Below, piece by piece: positions 18,500 through 29,200 of a stretch of 64,000 bases of DNA. The notes under the pieces were generated by a model. It had not been told where the DNA came from. It saw nothing but the letters and a program-made list of their open reading frames with translations, and made no database searches. The DNA comes from Calditrichia bacterium. Its GTDB lineage: Bacteria; Calditrichota; Calditrichia; RBG-13-44-9; J075. The position numbers and the translations under genes are program-made. Location of the stretch: contig JBOEGD010000007.1 in NCBI GenBank assembly GCA_050633245.1, positions 114,196 through 178,195 on the forward strand, in the 5' to 3' direction. The number at the start of each line of letters is the position of its first letter. Position 1 is the stretch's first letter.

Positions 18500-19533
18500 C
18501 GAAAGAAGGCTCCGGTATCATATCCCTGATCGCGCAAATATTGATCACGCTTTTCCAGAAGTTTAAGGATCGATTCAATAGAAACGCCAAAGGTCACGCC
18601 ATATTTAATCAGCTTGCGCTCCCGAAAGTAGAGGTTGTCGCGATACGGTCGATGAACCGGAAATGCGGCATAGTCCGTGCCGGGAGTCGGGGCCAAAATA
18701 ATCTCTTCCTCTGCAGCAACTGAAGTTAAAATTCCCACCAGCTCAAAGTTTGGCATACCGTCTCGCAGTGCCAGAACAATACCGCCGCTAAATCCACGAT
18801 TAAACATACCATCAACCAGGAAATCGTGTTCCCTATTTCTATTTGGACTGCTGATAATTCCTGAGGTGATCATCTTTTTTCCGGCGGGATAACCAAGCAT
18901 GTAAACGAAGTTGCCCCAGCTAAGCTCCCTTGCCGAACCTGTAGGCAGTCGCAATACCGGCAGGGGTAATTGAGGCGGCTCATCCAATCGACCACCCATT
19001 ATGGCAATATCATTATCCCGGTCAACCGCAATCAACTCAAATTCAGCATTATATCGGAAGTTCACAAGACGATTGGTTTGGCGCTTTTTGATCGACACGC
19101 TACTCACAATTGCATTTGCCGGATTATCAGAGGCATAGAATTCGTATAGGGTATCCGGAAAATCCACAACATGTGCACAGGTCAACAATGCAACGCGCAA
19201 GCTTTGATGGTAAATTAGCGTTGCCGTTCCCACACTAAAATCCTGATAGACGCTGCGTGTATTTTTCTTCTCTTTTAAGAGATTTTTTGTGATTCTCCCC
19301 GGCACAATGCCATCACTTGCTTCAAATGAATAGCGGTCGTAAAAAACATGCGCGTTAAGCAACTGTACGCTTTCCATTAGCCGCTCAATAACTTCTGGTT
19401 TGTAGTCCAGAGGAAAACCGATATCGTATTTTCCATCAACGATTCGCTGATGCGGTGCAATCACCGTCTTTTGACAACCGGTGCTTAGAATTGCCAGCAA
19501 CAATACGATCAGAATCAGACACGCTCTTGCCAT
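18496..19533 (-). CDS. Trypsin-like (S1) serine protease lipoprotein
   Basis: TGC lipobox, catalytic triad motifs LTCAHVV, NDIAI, NRGFSGG. Confidence 0.8.
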   Translation of the reverse strand: MARACLILIVLLLAILSTGCQKTVIAPHQRIVDGKYDIGFPLDYKPEVIERLMESVQLLNAHVFYDRYSFEASDGIVPGRITKNLLKEKKNTRSVYQDFSVGTATLIYHQSLRVALLTCAHVVDFPDTLYEFYASDNPANAIVSSVSIKKRQTNRLVNFRYNAEFELIAVDRDNDIAIMGGRLDEPPQLPLPVLRLPTGSARELSWGNFVYMLGYPAGKKMITSGIISSPNRNREHDFLVDGMFNRGFSGGIVLALRDGMPNFELVGILTSVAAEEEIILAPTPGTDYAAFPVHRPYRDNLYFRERKLIKYGVTFGVSIESILKLLEKRDQYLRDQGYDTGAFFR

Positions 19534-19565
19534 AAGACTCTTCCTCCGCCAAACCTCGTATAAGG

Positions 19566-21914
19566 TTACTCGTTCCAGTTTACTTTTTCAATTTTGGCCA
19601 GTACCGACTCCCGGTGGTTAAACAACACCTTTTTCGGCTTTTCAGAAACGATATAGCTGAATTGATTCATTTGTTCACGAATATTAATCCGCTTCATCTC
19701 TATCTGCTCCTTTGCATACTCAATCCCAACCAACATTGGCATTTGGAACTGCGCAGAGACATCGCACCGTTCTACTTGTAGTTCGACCAGCCACTGGCCA
19801 TCAGACGTTTCGCTGATTTTTGAGGCCACGCGGTATTCCGGTATCTCTGTGCCGTAAACCCACTGCTCAAAAAACCAGTCCAGCTCTTCACCCGTCTGAG
19901 CTTCAACCCAATGCTGGAAGTCTTCGGTGCTGACCCGCTTTCCAATATTCTCCTGAAAAAATCCACGCACAATATCTGTAAATCGCTGCTCACTTGCCGT
20001 TTCAAGAGCCATAAACATACTGCTGAGCATGTGCAGCACCCACGCACCTTTTTTGTAAATAATTAGCGTATAGTCGCCTTTGGTCTCGCTGTTTTGCACA
20101 CGCGGACCAAGCCAGATGGGCGCAGCCTGCATGCCCTCACCAAAGAAAAAGCTGCGATTATTGACAATTTTTTCGCGCCAGGCCTTTACAATGTCATAAA
20201 ATTTCTTTTCATCTTCATCATTGAGTAGCAGATTGTGAAAATAGCTCCAGCCGGCATATTCAGCAAAGCCCTCACTTAACCACTGATCATGATAAGTCTG
20301 AAAATCTACGCCGATCCCCCACCACTGATGAGCCACTTCATGTGCACGAAAAATTTGATCGTCGCCGGCATCATTGGTATTTTGGAAGGTTAACCAAGCC
20401 AGGTGCAGAAGTCCGGGAAATGCTTCACCATGTCCATAGGGAATATCTGTGGCATACAGTCGCGAAGATGCCAGATCTCCATAGATTTTACGGAAGTAAG
20501 ACACGCTATTGGCAATATCCTCACCCACTTCAATTTCCATATTGCGACCGCTACCAACGCCGCTACTCGCCAGCTGTCGACCGATTTCCTGATGTCCCGT
20601 TTCCGACATCATCACACTGATTGGAATGGTGCTATCGGCAAGAACTTCATGGTCGGTAAAAAATCCAACGTTAAACGATCCGTTGCGAATCGGCTGTTCG
20701 CTCGTCCACTGTGTGATCCGGTTTTTATCGATCAGGCTATCGCTAGCCAATTCTCCAAAGCTGGCAAAAGACATGTTTTCAGGAACCGTGTAGCGCACGT
20801 CAAAGGTTGATAGCTGCTGAAAGTCGTGACGCGGATACCACCCTTTGGAGGATTGGATAAAGAACCAGTCCTTCCGGCGTTCAATTAAATCTCCGTGATA
20901 ATAGATGGTAAGACTTCTGCTATCGTCACGGCTTAAAATTGAATCGGCTTTTATCCATAGAAGCGCATTTTCCTTCTCTTTTACAAATTCAGCGTGTTGA
21001 CCACTATCCCAAATTAATGAATCGATCTTCAGCTTATAATACAGAAAAACGTGCAGCCACTTTTGCTCATCCTGAAGCATGGTGATATCGAGTCGCGTTT
21101 TCGCGGCAAACTCCAGCTGGCTGCCTTTCAACGTGCAGTCGATATCGTAATGGGTAATGTGCATACTGCTATGTGATTCGGGAATAATCTGTTCCTGACG
21201 ATAGTCACTTTCCTTATGGAACTGATTGATGACCTCACGCAAGTGTAGAAAAGAGGCTCCCTTTCGGCGTCTACTAAAGCGAATTTCCTCATCCTCGTAA
21301 GGATTTATCTCGAAGAACCAGGGATCAAACTGCCTCTCGCTGAAGTGCGCATAAAACAGGCCGTTTTGCGAATCGTTAAGTAAGGTACGGAGAAAAAGAT
21401 AGTCGAAACGCTTTTTCTTTTTTTGCCAAAGATATTTTAAGGCATAGTCGACTTCAGACTGTGCCTTGCGAGGTAATTTGCTTTTGGTAAAATCGAGTTT
21501 GTTGCGTAATTCTTCTTCTGTTTTATCAGCAAAGAACAAAAAGACACGCTTAAGCTTTTGATTCACCTCTTCCTTCTCAGTAAAACGAGAAAGCTGCTCG
21601 CGTTCAACTTTGGTTGGAGGTGTCATCCGAAAACTCCCCTTACCGATAAAAACGGCTCCATGAATCCGTCCATCAACCGGTTTCAGAAATGCAATTTTTC
21701 CTTCCTGAAGCAGAAACGTTCCGGCATCGCGTCGCAATGTCAGGTTACGCACGTCTGCAACCTGCTCCTTATCAATTTCCAAACTCGTTAACTGCTCAAA
21801 TAAGCGTTCATAATCTTCCGGGACTTCGCGGTCGTCTTCAGCAAATCCGGCGCTTACCACAATTGTGAGAAGCGCGATAATAATAAAAGCATATCGTGAA
21901 CAGGTATTCAGCAT
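19566..21914 (-). CDS. M1 family zinc aminopeptidase-like protein
   Basis: AHEVAHQWWG, WLSEGFA, IYKKGAWVLHML. Signal peptide. Confidence 0.88.
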   Translation of the reverse strand: MLNTCSRYAFIIIALLTIVVSAGFAEDDREVPEDYERLFEQLTSLEIDKEQVADVRNLTLRRDAGTFLLQEGKIAFLKPVDGRIHGAVFIGKGSFRMTPPTKVEREQLSRFTEKEEVNQKLKRVFLFFADKTEEELRNKLDFTKSKLPRKAQSEVDYALKYLWQKKKKRFDYLFLRTLLNDSQNGLFYAHFSERQFDPWFFEINPYEDEEIRFSRRRKGASFLHLREVINQFHKESDYRQEQIIPESHSSMHITHYDIDCTLKGSQLEFAAKTRLDITMLQDEQKWLHVFLYYKLKIDSLIWDSGQHAEFVKEKENALLWIKADSILSRDDSRSLTIYYHGDLIERRKDWFFIQSSKGWYPRHDFQQLSTFDVRYTVPENMSFASFGELASDSLIDKNRITQWTSEQPIRNGSFNVGFFTDHEVLADSTIPISVMMSETGHQEIGRQLASSGVGSGRNMEIEVGEDIANSVSYFRKIYGDLASSRLYATDIPYGHGEAFPGLLHLAWLTFQNTNDAGDDQIFRAHEVAHQWWGIGVDFQTYHDQWLSEGFAEYAGWSYFHNLLLNDEDEKKFYDIVKAWREKIVNNRSFFFGEGMQAAPIWLGPRVQNSETKGDYTLIIYKKGAWVLHMLSSMFMALETASEQRFTDIVRGFFQENIGKRVSTEDFQHWVEAQTGEELDWFFEQWVYGTEIPEYRVASKISETSDGQWLVELQVERCDVSAQFQMPMLVGIEYAKEQIEMKRINIREQMNQFSYIVSEKPKKVLFNHRESVLAKIEKVNWNE

Positions 21915-24900
21915 TAATGCGTTCCAAAACAGCCACAGTGTGGATCGGAAAAACCGCTATCTTCACGCCAGACGAAACCATCGCTACTGCGCGGGTCTTC
22001 CCAATAAAAAGGCCGTCGTTTCTTCGAATAATTGCCCACTTCATCGAGCGTTGCCGCATCATAGAGCCTGCCGTTGAGCATGACGTGGCTTATCTTTTCG
22101 CTATTGTAAATTGACTCTAGTGGATTGGCATTAAGAACGACCAAATCGGCGAGCTTGCCGGTTTCCAGGCTGCCCAGTTCATGATCCATTCCGATATAAT
22201 GTGCACCGTTCCGGGTTGAAGCATGAATTGCCTCAAGAGGCGACATCCCCCCCTGAACCAACATCCATAGCTCCCAATGACTTCCCAACCCCTGAAGCTG
22301 CCCGTGGGCACCCAGGTTAACCTTAACACCCCGATCGGCCAGAGCTTTACACGTTTTGGCATTTGCATAATGTCCGTATTCTTCTTCCGGAGCCATGGAA
22401 CGACGGCGCGAGCGGCTATCCACCAGGGCACGCGGAGTAAAGTTGAGCAACAACTCGTTTTCCCAAACTCTGGTATGCTGATACCAATAGTTCTCGCCCC
22501 AAATTCCGCCATAGGCAACCGTGAGCGTCGGCGTATAGCCGGTACCGCTATTTCCCCAGAAATTCAGCACGTCTTCATAAACCGGGTTTACCGGAATAGA
22601 GTGTTCGATACCGGTATGTCCATCGGCAATCATGCTCATATTATGATAGAAGAAAGAACCACCTTCCGGATAAACAAGCATATCCAACTCTCGTGCGGCC
22701 TGCATCACCTGCTGCCGCTGATCGCGACGTGGCTGGTTATAGCTCTTTACTGAGAATGCGCCAACAGCTTTCATGCGGCGCAGATGAGACCGCGCATCGT
22801 CCAGACTATTAATGACTGCTTTGAAATCGCCTTCAGCGCCGTATAGAATCGTTCCTGTCGAGAAGATACGCGGTCCAATCATAACTCCGCGCTTTATCAT
22901 TTCTGATTGACTGAAGACCATCTCTGTGGACGCAGACGGATCGTGCGTTGTGGTGACACCAAACGAGAGGTTCGCCATGTAGGACCAATTCTGAGGAGTT
23001 GAAATACCACCAGACCAGTGTCCCATGTGTGCATGCACATCAACCAGCCCCGGCATGATGGTTTTGCCTTTTACGTCGATCACCTTTGCCTCTACCGGAA
23101 CAATGATGTCTGCACGCGCGCCAATCTGCATAATTCGGTTTTGATCGACAATAATGGTGCCGTCTTCGATCACCTCATCACCCTTGGAGGTAATGATTCT
23201 CGCGCCAACCAATGCCAGCTTTCCATTGGGAATATCGCTCTCCAAAACCAGATTTATTTCTGTTCCGGTAGTATCTACTGCCGGGAGGCTATCTGGTGCC
23301 CCTTCAACAAATGTAAATGAGTTGTTCAACTTGCGTGTGTAGTATTCCTGTCCGGTTGTCCAGTGCAGAGCTTTACTATTTGCCGACCAGTGCAGACTGA
23401 TACCGGCATCGCGGGTTAACTTTGTTTGCGGCAAGCTGCTGTTGCCTGAGCTAAGATCCAATGTTGTTGCAACTGCAGGATTGGCGGTTACATATACATT
23501 GTAGAGCTCCTGATAGGCAATCCAACGTTCATCCGGGCTTACGGCAATTTCCGTAGCATACTTAGAGGTTACATGCGTTCGCGGATCGGTGCCGTCCAGC
23601 GTCACGCTCTTTAGCGCTTTCTTACCATTTTCCCAGCTACGGAAATAGATACGGTCACCTTTGCGATTAAAACACGGGCTATTTCCTTCCTGAATAATCA
23701 GGTGTTCATCACCACCAGACTCGGCAATCCAATATAACCCGGGATTAACAGCATGCGTATAACCAAGCACCGAATTCCCACTACCGCGTCTATAGGTAAG
23801 AACAACACCGTCCGGTGAATAGGATGGTGAGTAGAAATAGCCCTTCTTAGAGGTGACAGCAATCGAGTTACCACCTTTAAGTTTTACCCGGCGAATGGCA
23901 CCCAGTGCTGTATCGTTCCAGGTCGTGTAGGCAATCCATTTTCCATCTGGGCTAAATGATGGCTCAAATTCAAAGACTTCTTTGTCTTTTGTCAGCCGTT
24001 TTGGCTTACCGTTGGGTAACTTCTTCTTCCAGAGATGCCCCGCTGCATTGAACACCAGCCATTTTCCATCTGGTGAAGAGGTTGCATGCCGGATCATTTT
24101 AGCCGTGAACTTCTCGGGTAGAACTTCCTGTCGAGACAATACCGCCTTGGCAATTGAAGTGCTTACTTCGGCTTTGAAAGGAATAGTTACTGCGGTACGG
24201 CTCTTGACGTTCACCTTCATCAACTTGCCCTTCGCCCAAATCACAATCGACGTGCCGTCAGGAGTCCAGTCATATCCGGGGTAAACGCCAAAGGTTGCCC
24301 AGGTTTCCTGCTGATCTTTGCTAAGACCATCATAAATCGGCCATTGTTCACCGGTTTCGAGGCTGGTAATAAATAATACCGACTTGGTGCGAATGCGACG
24401 TATGAACGACAGATACTTTCCATCAGGAGAAACTTGTGGTCGAATTGCGCCGCCCTGCCCGGTTACAAAATTAGTCAGGCGATCTTTTTCGAGGTCGACA
24501 CGGCGAATGACGTAGATCTGAGTGTTAGGATCTTTATTGTATTGGAAGGTGCTGCCACCACTCATGTCTTCACTAAAAAAGAGATATCGTCCATCTGGTG
24601 TAATTGCCGGTTCACCGACATCCTGCTGATCATTCTTGCGGGTCGTCAGCTTAACGCCTCCTCCCCCACTTCGATGATACAACCACATCTCGCCGGCACC
24701 AAGCGAGCGACGACTGGTAAAGTGTTTTTTAGCAATCAAATATTCGCCATTCGGCATCCAAACAGCATTGTTCAGAAGACGAAACTTTTCTTTTGTCACC
24801 TGGGCAGGATCTGAACCATCTTTCTTCATGATCCAGATATTGTCTCCACCAGCGCGATCGCTGGTATAACTAATTGATTTTCCATCCGGACTAAAGCGCG

Positions 24901-25177
24901 GCTGAACTTCCCAGGCAAGGCCACTTGCAATTGGAGTGGCTTTACCGCCAGACATTGGTAAGGTATAGATGTCTCCCAATAAGTCGAAGGCTATTGTTTT
25001 TCCATCAGGACTTACGTCCAGATTCATCCAGGTTCCTTCGTCAACGGTAAAGCTGACGGTATCAGCCGGGCCGCGATGCTGCATGACGTCCCATTTATCT
25101 TTTTTATCGGATGCGAATAGAATAGCAGGCAATAAAAAGCATAGCAGTGTTACATACAAACGCAGATTGTTCATCAT
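21914..25177 (-). CDS. Amidohydrolase with TolB/PD40 beta-propeller repeats
   Basis: Repeated SPDG motifs, PGLVDVHAH, GVTT.HDP, GSLETGKLADLVVL..NPL. Confidence 0.9.
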   Translation of the reverse strand: MMNNLRLYVTLLCFLLPAILFASDKKDKWDVMQHRGPADTVSFTVDEGTWMNLDVSPDGKTIAFDLLGDIYTLPMSGGKATPIASGLAWEVQPRFSPDGKSISYTSDRAGGDNIWIMKKDGSDPAQVTKEKFRLLNNAVWMPNGEYLIAKKHFTSRRSLGAGEMWLYHRSGGGGVKLTTRKNDQQDVGEPAITPDGRYLFFSEDMSGGSTFQYNKDPNTQIYVIRRVDLEKDRLTNFVTGQGGAIRPQVSPDGKYLSFIRRIRTKSVLFITSLETGEQWPIYDGLSKDQQETWATFGVYPGYDWTPDGTSIVIWAKGKLMKVNVKSRTAVTIPFKAEVSTSIAKAVLSRQEVLPEKFTAKMIRHATSSPDGKWLVFNAAGHLWKKKLPNGKPKRLTKDKEVFEFEPSFSPDGKWIAYTTWNDTALGAIRRVKLKGGNSIAVTSKKGYFYSPSYSPDGVVLTYRRGSGNSVLGYTHAVNPGLYWIAESGGDEHLIIQEGNSPCFNRKGDRIYFRSWENGKKALKSVTLDGTDPRTHVTSKYATEIAVSPDERWIAYQELYNVYVTANPAVATTLDLSSGNSSLPQTKLTRDAGISLHWSANSKALHWTTGQEYYTRKLNNSFTFVEGAPDSLPAVDTTGTEINLVLESDIPNGKLALVGARIITSKGDEVIEDGTIIVDQNRIMQIGARADIIVPVEAKVIDVKGKTIMPGLVDVHAHMGHWSGGISTPQNWSYMANLSFGVTTTHDPSASTEMVFSQSEMIKRGVMIGPRIFSTGTILYGAEGDFKAVINSLDDARSHLRRMKAVGAFSVKSYNQPRRDQRQQVMQAARELDMLVYPEGGSFFYHNMSMIADGHTGIEHSIPVNPVYEDVLNFWGNSGTGYTPTLTVAYGGIWGENYWYQHTRVWENELLLNFTPRALVDSRSRRRSMAPEEEYGHYANAKTCKALADRGVKVNLGAHGQLQGLGSHWELWMLVQGGMSPLEAIHASTRNGAHYIGMDHELGSLETGKLADLVVLNANPLESIYNSEKISHVMLNGRLYDAATLDEVGNYSKKRRPFYWEDPRSSDGFVWREDSGFSDPHCGCFGTH

Positions 25178-25331
25178 GATTCTCCATCGTAGGCGGTAAG
25201 AGTATTGTGGAATAATCCAGTGTACGGATGGCCCACGATAATGTCAAGAGTCCGGCATCATATGGTATCGGAATTTCATAATATGCGAATTGATTATCTC
25301 AGGAAAAATACCCAATGTGGGGGATATTTTG

Positions 25332-25356
25332 AGAGCAGAGAGCAGAGAACAGAGAA
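25332..25356. repeat. Short heptamer tandem repeat (CAGAGA[G/A])n
   Basis: AGAGCAGAGAGCAGAGAACAGAGAA. Confidence 0.6.
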
Positions 25357-25445
25357 TTTAATGTATCGTGGTAACGCATTATTGTGCGTCATATTTTTAG
25401 ATCGCAACCGCGGGACACAACCCTAAGTGTCATCAAGGAGCGTTA

Positions 25446-25905
25446 TCAGTCCGAGGCACTACCAACAAGAACGTACACCTGGTCCGGAAATTCAATGATA
25501 TAATAAAAATCCCATAATTCTGGATAAAACGGATGTCCAACATCTAAAATAATCGATATAAAACGGCGTGCGTCTTCCATAAACCAGCCGAATTCCATGC
25601 AAATAGACTCAACCGCATCGTTGTGCTCTTGCGAGGATAGATATAGTTTTGAAGGGTGTGCTCCAGCTCCCCTCCATATGTTAATGCTTCCTTAACCTGT
25701 CTATGAGATCTTCTTTCAAAACGTATTTATGATCTCCGGATGTAGCCCCATCCTCAAAACACTCTCTTAATATAACAGAAACCGATTCATCAACCACATT
25801 CCCTGCTCGAAACAACTCTATACTAACAGTATAGTTCATACCGTCTTTCAACAGTTTTTCAGCTACATTTTGAAGAGCAATATTGATTTTTTTAATTCCA
25901 GTCAT
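25446..25905 (-). pseudogene. Frameshifted hypothetical gene (about 150 codons, two apparent frameshifts near 25660-25700)
   Basis: The ORF 25905-25681 (MTGIKK...EDLIDR) continues in a second frame (VKEALTYGG), then a third (GAGAHPSKLYL...GHPFYPELWDFYYIIEF...VLVGSASD*) that ends at TGA 25448-25446. Confidence 0.55.
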
Positions 25906-26059
25906 ATAAATTGCCTCATTGCTTCATCTACCCGCGATTAAAGTCATGGGCATTGAACCTTTCCCCTCACGGCGAAGTTGATTCTGAGATTGCCAAAGGG
26001 CTCAGGGAACAGTTCTTTGAATATTGCTGAAGCAAATCCTGGATCACAACGCGTCGGGA

Positions 26060-26083
26060 AACTCTGAACTCTGAACTCTGAAC
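26060..26083. repeat. Heptamer tandem repeat (AACTCTG)x3
   Basis: AACTCTGAACTCTGAACTCTGAAC. Confidence 0.7.
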
Positions 26084-26286
26084 GGATATAATCTACACCA
26101 ATGTGACACAAAAGACAATTGTGTCGTCTGGATTGCCTTATTATATCAAAGAATACCCTACCACGATTGAATCAGTGTATTAAAGCCATCTCACGCGAGC
26201 CGAAACGGCAACTATTGGCATTATTAATCCTGCTCCCCTACTCAGAGGGGATAGAGATTTTCAGACTCAATATAAGAGGACGCCCC

Positions 26287-29200
26287 ATGTTAAAAGGAAT
26301 TACGCTCTATCTTTGCTGCATAACCTTCTTCTCAGTTACAACATTTGCTCAGAACCTTGAGATCAACAGTATTTCTCCCTCACCAAACCAACTCAACGTC
26401 GATGCAAACTCGACACTGACCATTACATTTAACCTGGACGTCGATAATTCGACTGTAAATGCGAGCACCATTGTTCTGCGTGGAAGCCAAAGCGGCGTTC
26501 TACCCGCCACCTACGCGGTAAACAATGCCATTGTGGTGATCGATCCCGCAAGTGATTTCCGTTTGGGAGAGCGTATTTCGCTAACTCTCACTACAGGTAT
26601 CCAGAGCAGCGGCGGTTCGCCCCTACAGCGCGGACATACCTATTCATTTACCATTCGTAGTGCGACCGTAGCAACATCGGCTCTTTCCTTTGCGCAGCGG
26701 GATATGAGCAGCATTGGCCAACAAGGACGCGAAGTTCAGGCATTGGACTATGATAAGGACGGAGATCTGGATATTCTCGCATCTGCTGAGGGCGTGCCGG
26801 AAAGGCTGCATATTTTTGAAAACCGCGGCAACAATGAGTTTTGTGCCTTTCAACCGGGTGTTGCCTTCCGCTTTATCGAAATGTTCGATATTGACGGTGA
26901 TGGAGACTTCGACAGTTTTGGCTCTACCGGGGCCTTTGATACCGAAATAAACTGGTTTGAGAATGAGGGCTCCACTCCCTTTACGGAGCGCTTTATAAGC
27001 AGCACAGATCCGTGGACAATGACAGGCGGCGATATCGACAGCGATGGAGACATCGATCTTCTCGCAGCCGTGCTGATTCCAAACCGGCTACTGTGGTTCG
27101 CCAACGACGGGTCAGGAAATTTTAGCTCGGGAACGTCAATACCGACCAGCTTTGGTGGCGGCTCGGATTCATACTTCCATATTGTCGATATGAATGGCGA
27201 CGGAGCAATGGACATCCTCGCCTTTCAGCGTGACGACCGAACTCTGGTCTGGTATGAAAACGACGGATCGCAGAGCTTTACAGAAATCAATATCAACACC
27301 GGGACCGATCGCAGTCGCATTGAATATGGTGATATCGACAGCGATGGAGATATTGATATTGCCCGAAGCTCGCTCGAAAATTCACCTTCGGAGCCGCTCT
27401 CGTGGTTTGAAAATACCGGCAGCAGCTTCACCGAACATCCAATTACAACCTCGGCAACCAATAGACTGGCGGGTTTGTTTGTCGGAGATGCCGATGGTGA
27501 TGGAGCAACAGATATTCTTGCCGGAGCTTTTCTTTTTCGTAACGATGGTTCCCAGAACTTTGCAGAAGTATTAATTAACGAAGGTTTATCGACCGGTTTT
27601 ACCCCCTTCTCTTATGCTCTGGGACTGGCTGATATGGATGAAGATGGTGATATCGATCTGCTGTCTACGGGAATCTATGCCGTAAGCTGGCAGGAACGCA
27701 CTCCTCTAATGCAGGTTCTTTCAACTAACCCGCAAAACGGTGACGTCGATGTGGAGGCCGGTACGGGTATTCAGATAACTTTTTCGGAAGATGTTGGCAG
27801 TTCAGCAGCAAGCTCAATTCGTGTATACAGCCAGGTTCGGGGAAATATCGAGGGCACTATAAGCGGTAGCGGAAGCTCGACCCTAACATTCCAGCCAAAT
27901 GCAGTATTCCTGCCCGGAGAGCAAATTAGCGTTTCCATTCACCCCGAGACCGCCGGAGCAGATGGGAAGCTCGAAACCGGTTATGGATTTACATTTCAGG
28001 CGGCAACCAGGGCAACCAATCAATTTACATTCTCAGCTCATCCGATACAAAACATGGCAAGTAATGTGAGTGGATTGGATGTGGCAGACATAGATGGCGA
28101 TGGTGATATTGATTTGCTTTCAACCTCCTTCAGCGAGCTGTTTTGGCATGAAAACGACGGTAATGGATCATTTACACCTATTTCTCTACCGATAAGCGAT
28201 GTTCCGGTCTCTGTCTTTGCCACGGACTATAATACTGATGGCTTCATGGATATCTGGATAGACTACGATGGCGGTTCTTCGAGCAGCGTTTACCTGAATG
28301 ACGGTTCTCAAAACTTTAGCGAGCTAACCAATGTAGGTCGTGGCGAGCTGCAGCAAACGCTGGATATAAATCATGACGGTGATACGGATCTTCTCTTTCT
28401 TGCTTATATCAACGACTGGATACTTTGGACGGACTATGCCTGCGAAGGCCATATCGAAGTTGGCAACGTCCCTCGTGTTGCCACTCGGGCAGCGGTGGCA
28501 GCTGATATTGACAATGACGGAGATACGGATTTTATCGGTGCTGCATTTGGTGCAGGTGCCTCTCTCTATGAAAATGTTGGTCATATGCTGTATATCAACT
28601 CACCCATCGACAATGCAAATACGATTGCAGCAGAAATAGCAGATCTGAATAACGACAATATTCCGGATCCGATTTTTATTGAAAACTTCTCTGCTTTGGT
28701 CTGGTATCAAACCAGCCTCGCAGGAGATTCCATTAGTTTTGGTGCGCGCCAGGAAATTGCACCACTGAATCAGGATCCGCGGGACGTTTTAGCAGCTGAC
28801 ATTGATGGTGACGGTGATCCGGATGTTGTCGGCGTCAGTCGCAATGATGATAAAGTGGTATGGTATGAAAACCGGCTAAATGAAGTCGGCAACGACTTCG
28901 GCCCCGAGCAATCGATTGGTACCGCCTCAAATGGCCCTATTCAGGTTGAAGCTGCGGATTTAGATGGAGATGGCGACCTCGATATTATAGTTATTTCCGA
29001 ACAAGATGACAGGCTAATCTGGTTTGAGAACAACGGAACGCCCGTTGGAATTCACGACAACGATTCTCAAACAGCTCTCACGTTTCATCTTGCACAAAAT
29101 TATCCAAACCCATTCAACCCTTCTACCACAATTGAATACAGTCTGCCTCGCAGTTCAACAGTTACACTGGTTATCTATAATACGGCTGGTCAAAAAATAA

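Noticed and set aside
25369-25448. attC site after the frameshifted gene (TGATAAC...GTTACCA on the minus strand)
   Set aside because: Outer TAAC/GTTA pair is present, but L-box pairing and spacing are poor and there is no matching upstream core site.
26216-26232. Sigma-54 promoter TGGCATT before the FG-GAP gene
   Set aside because: No TTG(C) at the required -12 spacing.
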